Positions 51,601 through 64,000 of a stretch of 64,000 nt of DNA are shown here, one piece after another (position 1 is the first letter of the stretch; each line of letters opens with the position of its first letter). The stretch is from Trichoplax adhaerens (taxonomy: Eukaryota; Animalia; Placozoa): contig NW_002060943.1 in NCBI RefSeq assembly GCF_000150275.1, forward strand, positions 670,239 to 734,238. Direction: 5' to 3'. Both the position numbers and the translations under genes were made by a program. The notes beneath the pieces are model-generated. The model saw nothing but the letters and a program-made list of their open reading frames with translations. It searched no databases and had not been told where the DNA came from.

Positions 51601-54600
51601 CGATTAAATAAGCACCAAAGATTACAGTACAGTAAGGAAGTAAGTTTGACGGACAGTATCAGAAACGGACGAAACTTTTGAGTGGAACAATCTATAACCG
51701 AAACAGGTTAAGGGTGATTCGTAGTCATGTTGGCAGAGCGTGGAAATGCAGAGTCAGATTGATTATTAATAGCTAACGTAATAACGCGCTATACGAAGTA
51801 ATGCTGTTATAGACCTATTCCTAAATTTTTAAGGTCTAATGGTACAATAATCGCCAGTACTATTCTACTGGATATACGAACTGTTGAACTCTAGCTTGTA
51901 TTTTCCCTGTCCCACTTAATCACACTATTACCTAGGTCTAGCACTCCAGAGAATTTGGTAGCTATGCATATCTACATCCTTATAACTAATGCAATTGCCT
52001 GGTAGGACTAAATGGTATTACTTCTTCCACTAATTAATTATAATTTATCAAATTTATAATAAGCATCAAAAATGGCACTATGTTCTTCCTGATTAATGTT
52101 AGTTGTGATCTATTGATAATACCATTGGTATTGAACTGGCTGTATATTAAATAGGCTATGTTTATATTGGCTAATTATTAGATTTCCTTCGCTATTTAAA
52201 CTATTGATATAATCTACCATATGTATATTTTCAAAACTAACTTTGCAGTTGATAGTTGGAAATTTATTACTGATCTTATTTTTAGCTTGCATAAATTTTC
52301 TGAAGGAGCATCTAAGTTAGGTATAAACTTGAATATAGGAAATTAGTTTAGAAATCAAGGCCACAGAGCTTTATCAATAAGTATTCCTAACATATATGCT
52401 ACAGCTAGTTTGCAATGTTGAGGGTATATATCAAAGACATGTAGTACCTTGCTTCTTAAGAACATTACTCAAAAATTTGGAGGGAATATTCTCATTTAAT
52501 AAAATTTAGTCAATGTAGAGATTCTTCTATTAAGCTATTCAAATAGTCAATGCCACAATGAATACCATTCAATATCCATCAGCTATTATAATTATAATAA
52601 TCAAATGCTGGTAGATTTAAGGGAATCTAGTTTGTACCTGATAGCAAGTTAGTTTACTATCTCAACATGGCTATTTTTCCGTTGAAGAAAGTAATATAGA
52701 ATACGTTTATATTGTCGACAGGAAGTTTTAATTTACAACGACTGATAGTTAATTTGCTTATTGTATATTAGAAATGGTTGTCGCCGCATTATTCCATTTT
52801 TTTAATACAGTCTTCTTTCTCGCCATTAGATACGGTATGGATTTTAAATTAGATTCATGCACTAACTTTTAATTTTTTAGACGGCAGCAAGTTATCGTTT
52901 ATGCCGTCACCGATGATAATTCGAATTATCCTTTTTATAATTAGTAGTGTAAGAAATTTTAAATTCGATTACACTGGAATAATTCTGATGAATCTGCTAG
53001 AGCGCTTCAAGTTATCGATGATTAATAAGTATTTTAATTAATTATGTATTTATAATTAAAAATCGATTCGATACCGCAAAAGATCATTTTTCTCTGGCTA
53101 AAATTTAAAAATTGTTAATTTTGAGGCAGTAATAGCAGTATCTGAATGAAAGTTTTAGGTTATATTTGATTATAGTCAGTCATATAGGTTCTACTGTATA
53201 GCGTTTTGTTAATTGAGCTCTTGAGTGTTTACATATTATCCTACGTGATAATAACCTTGTTGAAAAGGATATAGACCAGTTTTAAATTGTATCTCTATAT
53301 AGTTACTTATCATTAATAGAGCGAAGTAGTGAAGAAAATACCAGCCATGGTAAATTATATCAATCTGTGGTAGACTCAATTGCTAGAAGAAATCTGTGAA
53401 TAAAGTTCTATTTGCTGCCTATGGGTATGATTGCTAAAGATCTACTAAATACTTCGTATCGGAGTCTGATTAAAATTTAGTTTTTGCGGCGCAGACATAC
53501 TAAATAATATAAGAGAGAATGGAGTAAAGACTATAGAATTTTCTACGGTATATTGATAAGTTAGTTTCGAATTGAGGAATTTACAGCTGTGAAAAGGCGA
53601 AAAAAAAGAAATGATTTGGCGCCGTTTCAACTATAAAATATAGTAGCTCGCATTAATCCATCAAAACAAGTATCTTTATTTAACTTATAAAGCCGATGGC
53701 GTTATAAGCTATTTTTATACATTTATGCTAATTGAATACTTCTGGATAGCTAAAATCATGTCAGTTTCGATATCGACCATATCAAGAAAGTTTACAGATT
53801 TTGGGCAAAAATCGCTAACAAAGAAAATGATATGAAATGATATCATCTTTCCTTGAAGTACTTTTTCCTCTAGCTTGATTGCTTAAATTGGCAATACTTT
53901 GATGGAGTAGAAAGAAAATTGGACTAATATTGGCAAAAGCTTAAAATAGGTTAATTCGAAAAGTGCTGACAACGACTATAACGACTTAACATCGTATTCA
54001 CCATATTTAATTGAGGTTTGGCCTACATCGTTATCGTCCAGTTAGCCATTTATTTTATTCTATTACCTTGCTATTCTATGTAAATAGCCTAAGCTATGTC
54101 TATTTAGGCGACGCTAGCATTAATATTGTAGAACGCGTTATTGTCTAATAAATCGTTAAGAAAGAAAGTAATAGAAAAGTGAGATTGTGCTAACAAATCT
54201 TCTACTAGCCGTTACTAAAATCTACATCTATCCTCTATATGCTTTTCCTAATGATGATATTCCAATAGCGTAGGAAATTATTTTATGAATATTCATTAAT
54301 AAGAATAAAAATTTGTCGATGCCGTCAGGCCATGGTCACTGCAAATTGATAAAGTAATGACTCTTAATGATATCTTAACCCCGCATAAAACTTTTATTAC
54401 AAGTGGCAAATGGATATTGTTGTTGTCTAAAAGTGCTATCAGGGATTTTAAAGGCATCGTTTATTGTTTCCTATTTCAGCCTACGCATTCGTTCAGTGCT
54501 ATATTCTATTCATGATGCGTTGTTAGGCGTGGAATTGATGATGTTAAATAGAACTAAATTCTCTTTTACACGCAATTCAATAGATTCGTCGTTAGATACA

Positions 54601-57600
54601 AGCTATGATTCATCGCGGGGATATTTATTTTTTAGACTATCGTTTTTTTCTTTAATTATTATACCATGAAATAGAATAGCCTAGACATCGGCATAAACAA
54701 TAACCATAAGTCAATATTGTTATTTTATAGATGGAGAGCATATTTTCAACAAAATATCATGTCTAAAGCGATCGGAAATGAGTTATGCCTACGTGGGCTA
54801 GAGAAGGCAATTGGTTGTGAAGTTGAAAAGAATTTGGATGTCAACAACTGCTCCTTGTTCTCGTTTAAAGCCAGTTACTGTATTTGCTATTATTGCCGTA
54901 GACAGTAGCGAATAGAATCTAGGACAGTATTACATTAAAATCTTACTAAATTCATTCCATACACTATATATGCTTTATAAAGGAAAATTGCTTCTCTTTC
55001 CCTCGAGGAAACGATACAGAATTTCTAAAATTAAATTTATACTCTGATTCGGCAGGCACTACAGTTAAGAATAAAGGTTACGGTTAATATTTAGAAAAGG
55101 ATTTACTCTCTATTCTAGATTTTTATTGCTAAATGGGAAATTGCAATCTAGTAATTACTTTAGCTAATGCTACTATCTATGTATGACCATGGTATGACAT
55201 TAAATGAGGGCTAATAACGTCCATGAAATTAGTTCTGACTGAAAATGATATAAAATTGATTAAGTGATGGTATTGCTTATGGTATTGCTTATGTTGTCAG
55301 CAATTATTTTAATAAGATCGGTCGAAAATGTTTACAAATCCTCAAATACGATAGGAATAATCTACGAGCATAGGGGCAAAAGAAAAAGCTTTTCCCTGTA
55401 TCGCTGCTAGTCTTCCAAAAATAATGCTTTCAGAATCAAAATATCAGTCTAATATTAAAGTAGCATAAAGATGATCCGAACTAATACCAAACAGATGTTT
55501 TACAACAGTAATAAAATGAGTTAAAGTAGCTCAATTTTGCAACTAATTGCTTGCATTCTATTTCTGTCAAATCTGTTCATATCTATCATGACTGCATATG
55601 CAAGTAAACAAGCAATCTCATAAGCGCTGGAATCAGTGTTAATGTGTTAGGAACAGGTTAAATATAAGGAAACAAAACTAATTTCAATTTATATTGAATT
55701 GGTACATCATATAAAGTAATCTGAAAAGAGCCAGATCAATGATTTTACTAGCCAATTGCTTGAGTATGACGACTTTTATGCTTATTATAAAGACAAGATA
55801 TATCTTTACACGTCTACTTAAAACCAGCATTATACACGATCGTCTATGAGCAATATTAATGTATCAATAACATTCAAATTGCGGTAAAAACTGCTAAAAT
55901 TAATAAACTCCAAATTAACACATCCTACGACCATTAGAATGACAACATAGTCGACAGTCGGATATTTTTTATTGCTTTTAAAGCAATAAAAGAACTGACA
56001 ATTTTTTAAATGATGAAGAAAGATTGATGCACGTATAGGATGCTCATTGTTACTTCGGTCGACATTAATGTTTCCCGTCTTTCTTAATGATCGACACTCT
56101 AATTATGCTGCAGTTTAATGTAATTGACTAGGGTAGAAATTAGTCCCATCTTGGTCACCTAATAGCACTACCAGACATAGTTCTATCATGATTATCAGCT
56201 GATGGTCAATGGATAGTTATGGATTGTCAATTTTACAATTCAAATTTGCACGATGAAAAATTCAATCAATATCGAGTGGGTAAAATACCAAGAAGGTAGT
56301 AGAGTAGTGATTGCCGATAAAGAATATCAAAGCATAAATAGGATATCCATTATTTTAACTATTTCTATATCCAATTCTTTTTTATGCATTCAAAAATAGT
56401 TCAAAGCAGTAGCTAATAGGTTCCTGTAAGCTTAATGTAAAATACTGGAAAGAATGATGACAATAGGATAATATTTCCTTTATTACAAGAAAAATGTAGG
56501 AGATAGGATTGACTTTCTCTGGCTAAATAATGGGTAAAATGGATCTTATAGGCACTACTCCTTTAGGTGATTCAAAACAGGCACTATCTTTACTTCAAAG
56601 ATGTTATAATTATCTGCCTATTTTATGCTCAAGCTAAAAATTGACATTAGCAATAATGCTAATGAAAATTTAGCCTATAGACATGCTATATTGTAGCAAG
56701 TAGAATGAGAGCAGAAACATCGTATCTTGATGTTTAACTGTTATTGAGGGAGTATCCAATAGGTGATTAGTTTCTCCTGATGAATTTTACTCATGTGCAA
56801 TGGTGACTAACTAGCAATTTTCATCATTTTCAAATTAATCTCATCAAATAGTCATCGTCAATAACTAAGGTGGGATCAATATAATTGGATGACTGAAGGG
56901 AAAGTAATGATCAGCTAAAAGACAAAACAGTTATTGACTTGTTGTATGATATTGCTTAAGGAGAAAGTTAATCCCACTAAGATCGGCAATAGGAGAGAAT
57001 CCATTTTTCATGTATTTTTCTAGCTAATTCATCATCGTCACCTTCTCTAGTTTAATCCTTTTTTCTATTTTTACTGCATAATCTTACCTGTACAGTCGGT
57101 CATTTCGCTGATGGAGTTTTCATGAGTCATGTTAATGCAAGGCTTATTTTCACTCTTGATGTTGGATTCTTGATCGATAGCTATTAAATAACGATTATTG
57201 AACAGGTGAATATATTTATATAGAATAGAAAGAATATTACTGATTAATTCTTTGTCATGGTTACGAATGCATACACTTCTTTCTGCTTCTATCGTTTTAT
57301 CCAAGTGAAATCAATTCTATTGCATTCTAGCCAAGATATTTTTTCATTTAAATAGGAGACAAATCTATTTCCTGATTGATCGTTAGCTATTGTCATCAAC
57401 TTTATCCACTGTTAACTACAATGATTTGACGAGTAATGTCAATCATCTTGTAAGATGGGTCCGATTACACTATTTTTATTTTCCATTCTATTTAGCGTAT
57501 TGAAAATAATTTAGGACTACAACAGTTAACTCTAGCATCAATTAAGGATATTGAATAGTAATAAAACATTTCTATCCTTTGTTTGACAATTTCTGAAAAT

Positions 57601-60360
57601 AGGATGAACTACTACCGCTCATTTCTAATATTAAATTATGAAGAAGAAAAAATATTGAGGGGGTAATAATAACCAAATTCAATGACAATCTTGAAAAAGG
57701 ACTTTCCATTAGACCACATTTCAAGGCATGCGAGATGGGAAAAAATTTTCTTCGCCATAATTAATTATAAGTTGGCTAAGGTGGCTATTTTAGCGCAATG
57801 GGTGTTACCTTTTTCTTGATCACGTTGCTCAATATTCTTCATATAGGATTGATAAATGCTTGGGTCTAAAATTGAATTAGTGGAAAATAGCACCAGTATA
57901 CATTTAAATATCAAAGTCAATAAATAAATTGCTGACTTATATTATGTATTGATCAATGAACAAAACATCGGAAGATAATAACATAATTTGAGGAAGAAAA
58001 GAACAGATGAATTTTCCCTCTTTTTGTACTTGGATATTGAATTGACTTTTTATTCTCAATTATTGGTCAGAAAGAAGGAAACAAGAGGAGGTATGATAGA
58101 ATGAACAATAAAAGTGGTATGACTAAGACTCAATTCAAGGCATAAACACCTAGCAGGAAAAAAATGTGCTATTGATTAACACTATATTCCACGGTAGCTA
58201 ATATCCTACAATTATTACTTCAATGATTGATCATGATATCGGCGATCATGGGCATTTTTCATTTCTCTTTCCTATTCACGTTAAAGTACAATCTTATTCA
58301 AAAGGATAATTAATATTGGTTAAAAAATACATCGTCGCTTATAATCATGAGTGCAATCCAAATACGAGTAATTCGTATAAAGGCCATAGGCAAACTTATC
58401 AAGAAAAGTACTGCTTATATAGTGACGGCTAAAAGTTGTAAAGCAGATCCAATTTTGTTTGCATATTAAATAAAGGTTCAATCATAGTTATGATCGCTGG
58501 TAGTAAGGTCAAGAAAAAAGTACAAAAATGATAAAAACTAAATTTTCTTTTTTCTATCCAACTATTTATATAATCTATATTGAGATGGAAAATTTACTAC
58601 ACATATGATAAATTGAATCAAAGAGTGGTCCATAAAATTACGTGATCCCCAAAATTATTTGAAAGGGAGTCATGGTAGATAACATGTTAGTGATAGCAGT
58701 AGTTTAAGATTTGCTATAGGATATTATTGTTGCTAGTTCTATTAAATGAAGCTAATAACATTACTCGGAGGGATTAAGTAGAATCAAATTCAATGGAATT
58801 TATCAGGAATGATCCGGTCATGTTATATGGTTAAAGCACTAGCAAATACACCATAACATTTCTCTTATTTTTGTACAATCCAGAAGTATGTAGTAAAATA
58901 TCAACAGAAAGGGCGACAAAAGTAGTCTTTACCATCGCCTTGTAATCGATTGATCAAATTCTTCCAACTACAAATGTAGTCGGTATTGGCCAAAATTCCC
59001 AACTATAATTAAACTGAATTATTATGACGCCTTCTAATTTCATAATCGAGTATACTAATTTCAAATTGATGTTGCCATAAATTGGTAATCGACTGATGGT
59101 TATCAAGAGAGTTTGCTTGTAATTGTGATAAGCAATATCGAATACAGGTACTACAGCATTTCTAAGCAAGTATCCAAATTTACGTCTACGATCGGGCAAC
59201 TACAGGATCTCTTAAGTTAATGTCTGTTAAGTTTGCCGATTGAATGGTCATCGATTATCATCGAAAACCATATTGATAACCCTATAACTATATAATCTGC
59301 TTATGAATATCGCTCTGATTCGCTGATATGGTATAATGATATCGATTACCATCAGAAATATTCTTCATAATTTGGTAAGCTTACTACCTTGTTAATTAGT
59401 TCATTTACGGTTAATATCAGTTTTTGGGGTACAAACTAGGACGTACTACTGATCTGTAGTATTAGCTAGCGAAAATGATCATGATCATCTTTTATACGTA
59501 GAATCGAAAATACTACTATCGGCTTGGCAAATTGAATGCGGTCATATTCAAATCATTTCACTTGCGCTTCAAATTTACAGTATCCATGTTTTACACAGCT
59601 TATAAAATATCTAGCTAATAATTTAAATATATTTTTAATTTATCCGCATTACTCAAGCATCAATTAACTAATTTCTCTTAAATTTTCCATGCAATTCTTG
59701 ATAAGAACTGACGAGCTTAGTTGGAAACAACGACGCTTTGACTATTATTGGTAGATAATTTCTCTCACATTTAAATTTATTATTGGGTAGATAACCTGCT
59801 ATACAACGTGTGAATCAATTTACTTACATTATGGCAGTAAATTATAATTATTCTACAAGAATATAGGATTGATGTATGTTCTAAAATACAACAACAAGCT
59901 ATTGCTTCATTTCCGTCTAATTTCCTCCATATTAAATAGTTGATGTTATTTAGCAAGTATGATGAGAGGGAAAGAAATTAAAAAGTATTTGCTTACTACA
60001 TACTAAAGGAAAGTATTTTTTAACCTTCTTCAGTCCAAACTTTAAATTAAATATTATGATCAAATATCAAATTGGATATAGAGGGTAGAAGAATATTATT
60101 GGACTATATTCAGAATATCAATAAAATTAGAATAAAAAGTGATGGCGATGATGATTGAATTGTAATTTTCTTTTATCAAATAGGCTAGCAAGATTGATCA
60201 TCAGTTTCATTTTTATCCTATTTAATAATATTTATTATGACGATTTTTATAACACAGAATAGGCGTAGAACTTACTGTGAATAATAACCACACGGTAAGG
60301 TTGATCCGAATCCGATAGAACGGTAGTAGTTGTAGTAGTTGGAGAACCAGTCTGGCTCAT
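42685..60360 (-). CDS. ERG/FLI1/FEV-subfamily ETS transcription factor, ~270 aa; exons 60360-60276 (tentative), 57180-57088 (tentative), 47779-47672, 43211-42685
   Basis: The last exon encodes [13 protein letters not shown]...[61 protein letters not shown], which is ERG-type. The upstream exons are all phase 1 with GT/AG ends and join in frame, but have no homology support. Confidence 0.8.
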
Positions 60361-63300
60361 TGCTTAAAACGATTGATTTTGAAAGGAGAAAGAATTGCAG
60401 CGCAAGATCGACGATGATGCCACAAGATGAATAAATAACGTCTGGATAGGAAACGAGTTAATATTGCTGGATAGGGGTCGATTGGCAAAGTTATAGTATT
60501 AGAATAGAATGGAAATTATTGGATATTAACCCTTGTAGACATTCATTTTTTTCTTATTATTATTCTGATAGTTATTAAATTTCCTCGGTAGTAATAATAA
60601 TCGTCATAATAGATGAGTGGTATAATGATCAGGAGGTGGGGCTAAATAATATGGTGAGGAGGTTGTCTTTTTGCCTTCCATTTTCCCTCTCTCTTTTCTT
60701 TGTTGACAAATAATTTTTTCTTTCCTGTTGTTCTATCCAAGGGTATTCATGTTGAATTGAAGTTTTTTATTCTATTCTCCTTGGCCTTGTTGTATAGATT
60801 CCTATAATTTGGTTGGTCAATAATCAATCTGTCAAGACTTCCGTATTATTCATCGTCCATCCATTATTCAAATCGATGTGGTAGCTAATACAGAATCTGG
60901 CTCCTCATGTCGTTTCCTTTCCTACTTGACTTTTTACTCACTCTCCAGTTTGTCATATTTTATATAGATTAAGTATCGAGAGGAATAGCTTAGCTACAGT
61001 CCTTGTCAACTGATTTTATTATAGAATTAAAAAAGTAAAATGGAGTCATTCTAGTATGATAGCATTACTTTTACGATATCTTGAATAGGCTTTAAAATGG
61101 GAGGCACTAGATGAAGAGAAAAAATTTTTTTCCCACTTTGCAATTTCATCTTCATTGTTTTGAGCTTCCTTGACCTATTTGTATAGACTTTTCTATACGC
61201 TTGATTTCTACCAGCATAAGAGTATTGCAAATAAAATATTGAAAACAAATGCAAAATAGTAAAATAAAAACAATACACAAATAAATAAATAAATAACCAA
61301 CTACGATACAACCTTATTATCATCATCACCATCGTTATTTTAATGATTGTCGATGAATCATTCCTTCTATACTAGTAAAATTGAAAGATGCAAAAATAAT
61401 CAAGATTGAAACTTATCAATACTATTATCGTAATTTTAGTTAATAATTTAGGACGAAAGAGTGCTCCTAGCATGATGTGACTTATCAATAAACATCCGAA
61501 AAATAGCAAGACAGCTATCATACTCGTCATCGTTATCATGTTTTAAAGGATACAGGACGTAATATTACTCATGACTAGGATTGATGGATTGAGTATTATT
61601 AGCAATTTAATTATTCACAGTCAGTAAAAAATAGCAAAATGTCAATTGTATTGATTATGGCATAAAGAACATTATAGATAGTATTCTACTCAGCACTTTC
61701 ACTACAGTTTTACTAAAGAATATTTAAAAGTCAAGATGGAAGCTATTACCATCATGATCATCTTCTTGATGCCCGAAAAATGACTACCTTTAATAGATCA
61801 TTATCCAAACTTCAATATTTTAAGCTATTAATATTGTAGGTTGATTACCTCTAGACTAGCTTATATCAACCCCTTCGTCTTCAATACCTACTGTGCTGAA
61901 AATTTGCTAGTGAAGCAATGATTAACAATTTATTTCCCTTTCTAAATCCCTACACTGCTACTGACTGCTGGTTTCACACCTTTATCTCCGTTGCAACCAT
62001 TTGCGTTGATTGCTTTATTGTTACTTAACTAGTCATGTTTCATTCCTTGTAGATATTGTCTCATGCTTTGGAGTATTTTAATTAGTAGTACATCGTTTAG
62101 GCTTACTGAGGTATCAATAGGGACGATTATCTTTCATAGATAATTACCATCTTGACTTAGTAGTATGGATAGAAACAGTCCTTTCTTTCCCCATGTGATA
62201 ATTGAAGAAAGGACCGAGATAATCATTATTTCCGCTAGTATACAATCATAATATTCTCATTAATTGCGTTTCATCAATCAAATCTTTGAACCTACCTCTA
62301 CCCATTTTAGTAAATAACGCCTGATATGATGAAAAATTCAAATCTTATTGTATAATTTCGTGTCGACATTTATTTACTTTAGAATATTCATTTTTTTATT
62401 CTCACCCTCGCGAACACTTTGCATGGCATTAAATTGAGATTCTTAATTCCTTAAGATTATAACTCTTCCTTGACTATCAATCATGCTACTGTAACTACTT
62501 GTTTAGAAGATAAATCTTCATTTTATTATCCTACGGCTTCACGGTACTTGACTTTTTATAACGAACTTAGTTAATTTAGCATACTCATATCATGAGCGAT
62601 GATCAATTGGACCAATATGATTTTTAATGGGTAAACTAGAGACTGTGCTAATTAATACTAACCATAATTCTTGATGATAGCTGCGATCAAATTGAGAATT
62701 TAATGTATAAATAGGTTAGAATAGATTATAAACACTCTTTGCTTTGATACTATGATTGAAAAACATGACCGTGGTGCTAAATAACGATTGAACTTTTAAA
62801 TATTTTATTTATTTATATGCACCAATGAAGTCATCGTTATCAATAATCTTCTTGTCTATATTTTTTCTATCATTTAAATTGTTAATAAAACGCTACTGAA
62901 TATTTAATACCTATTGAAAATTGGTCTTATGATTGCTCAAAGATGACGTCAAGTTGTTCAAAATAACTCTTTCTGATGATACCGCAAATGCAGCGCAAGG
63001 GGATAACTTATTTAAATGTTGTCTATGAGGATTGGATGGAATAGAGCAATATATAGATAGCCAATTCAGAGTCTTATTGAATGGCATAGCTTGCTGAATG
63101 CCGTAAGTGTTGCTTAATCTTGTCATAATGATTTCTTATAGATCACTTCTTAGTTTTACCCACCCCTTGTAAATATTAATCAGTTGCATACGATTTAACC
63201 CTGGTTGTAATAGATAGCCACATGAATTTGAAATCAAATTCGTACGTCATTATTTATAGACCGAGCTAGATAGATATTTTTAGTCAGTCTAATGAATTTA

Positions 63301-64000
63301 TCTTAAGCACTTACTTTATTTCTCGATCTTGCCTCTATTTATCCCGTACAAGCGAATAAAATGTAAGATAGGGAAAAAAATTTGAGAAGTAAAAGCGAAA
63401 GAAGAAAAGTCAACATTAAACTGTCAATAAGAAAGCAGGCGATGAAAAATAATATCCACTACTATAATAGCAGACATATCATTAATACACTGGATATATT
63501 GGAGCCAAAAAAATTAATAATCCATGCTATCCTAAAGAAAGTGAAGGATGTTATTGATTCATTTTGAGCATTGCCTCCATAGTCTTTACATTAAATTGTA
63601 TTGAATTGATAATTAGAATAGTTTTGTCTCTCTTTGATTGATTAGCGGCTACAACGGTTGTAAATAAGTAATAATAGATCGGAAATAGTTAATAACTTTA
63701 TTGATGGCCAGAATGATTGATAGTCGGTATTCTATTAGCAAGTAAGGCAGCCATTGATTGATGGAAATTTTTCGTGGGCGTACAGTATTAGTTATCAACT
63801 TACTTGCAAGAATAGCCATCTATTAATTATTATTACAGTATTTTCCTCGTTATTTCCAATGTTGTCACGATCATTAGTATTATATCCACAGTTCATCAGG
63901 ATAGTAGTAATCGCATCTGACTCCAAGGGAGTTAAGATACAATTTTATTATTCTTTATTCATTTGATGCGGTATTTATCATTGAGCTTTTCTATCTATTG

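Noticed and set aside
54717-54908. IGNELC motif resembling PNT GxxLC
   Set aside because: It is on the wrong strand for the ERG-type gene and lacks the other PNT residues.
60276-60362. Second open frame ([14 protein letters not shown]...) in the putative first ERG-type exon
   Set aside because: It ends in phase 2 and does not join the next phase-1 exon. Short dual-open frames are common by chance.

Overview
AT-rich, intron-dense eukaryotic (animal) genomic DNA. The gene content and compact intron style suggest an early-branching metazoan such as a placozoan (Trichoplax-like); this is inference. Hand-spliced genes: one exon of an unidentified minus-strand gene at the left edge; ATP synthase subunit g (+, 2 exons); a divergent ~1080-aa TRPM-family channel (+, ~21 exons); a GABPA orthologue with OST, PNT and ETS domains (+); HAUS5/augmin subunit 5 (-); and an ERG/FLI1/FEV-type ETS factor with very long introns and no detectable PNT exon (-). 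Non-coding features: several young tandem arrays, most of them just upstream of gene starts; an old degenerate ~150-bp array; a Helitron-like end with repeated 5'-end units; and a MITE-like fold-back. The most notable observations are (1) a ~78-bp repeat whose hairpin shows compensatory changes, (2) a duplicated hairpin with an inverted loop, (3) tandem exon duplication inside GABPA, and (4) possible ancient GABPA-HAUS5-ERG linkage. No CRISPR array, rRNA or tRNA was found. All gene models were built by eye and need RNA-seq confirmation.
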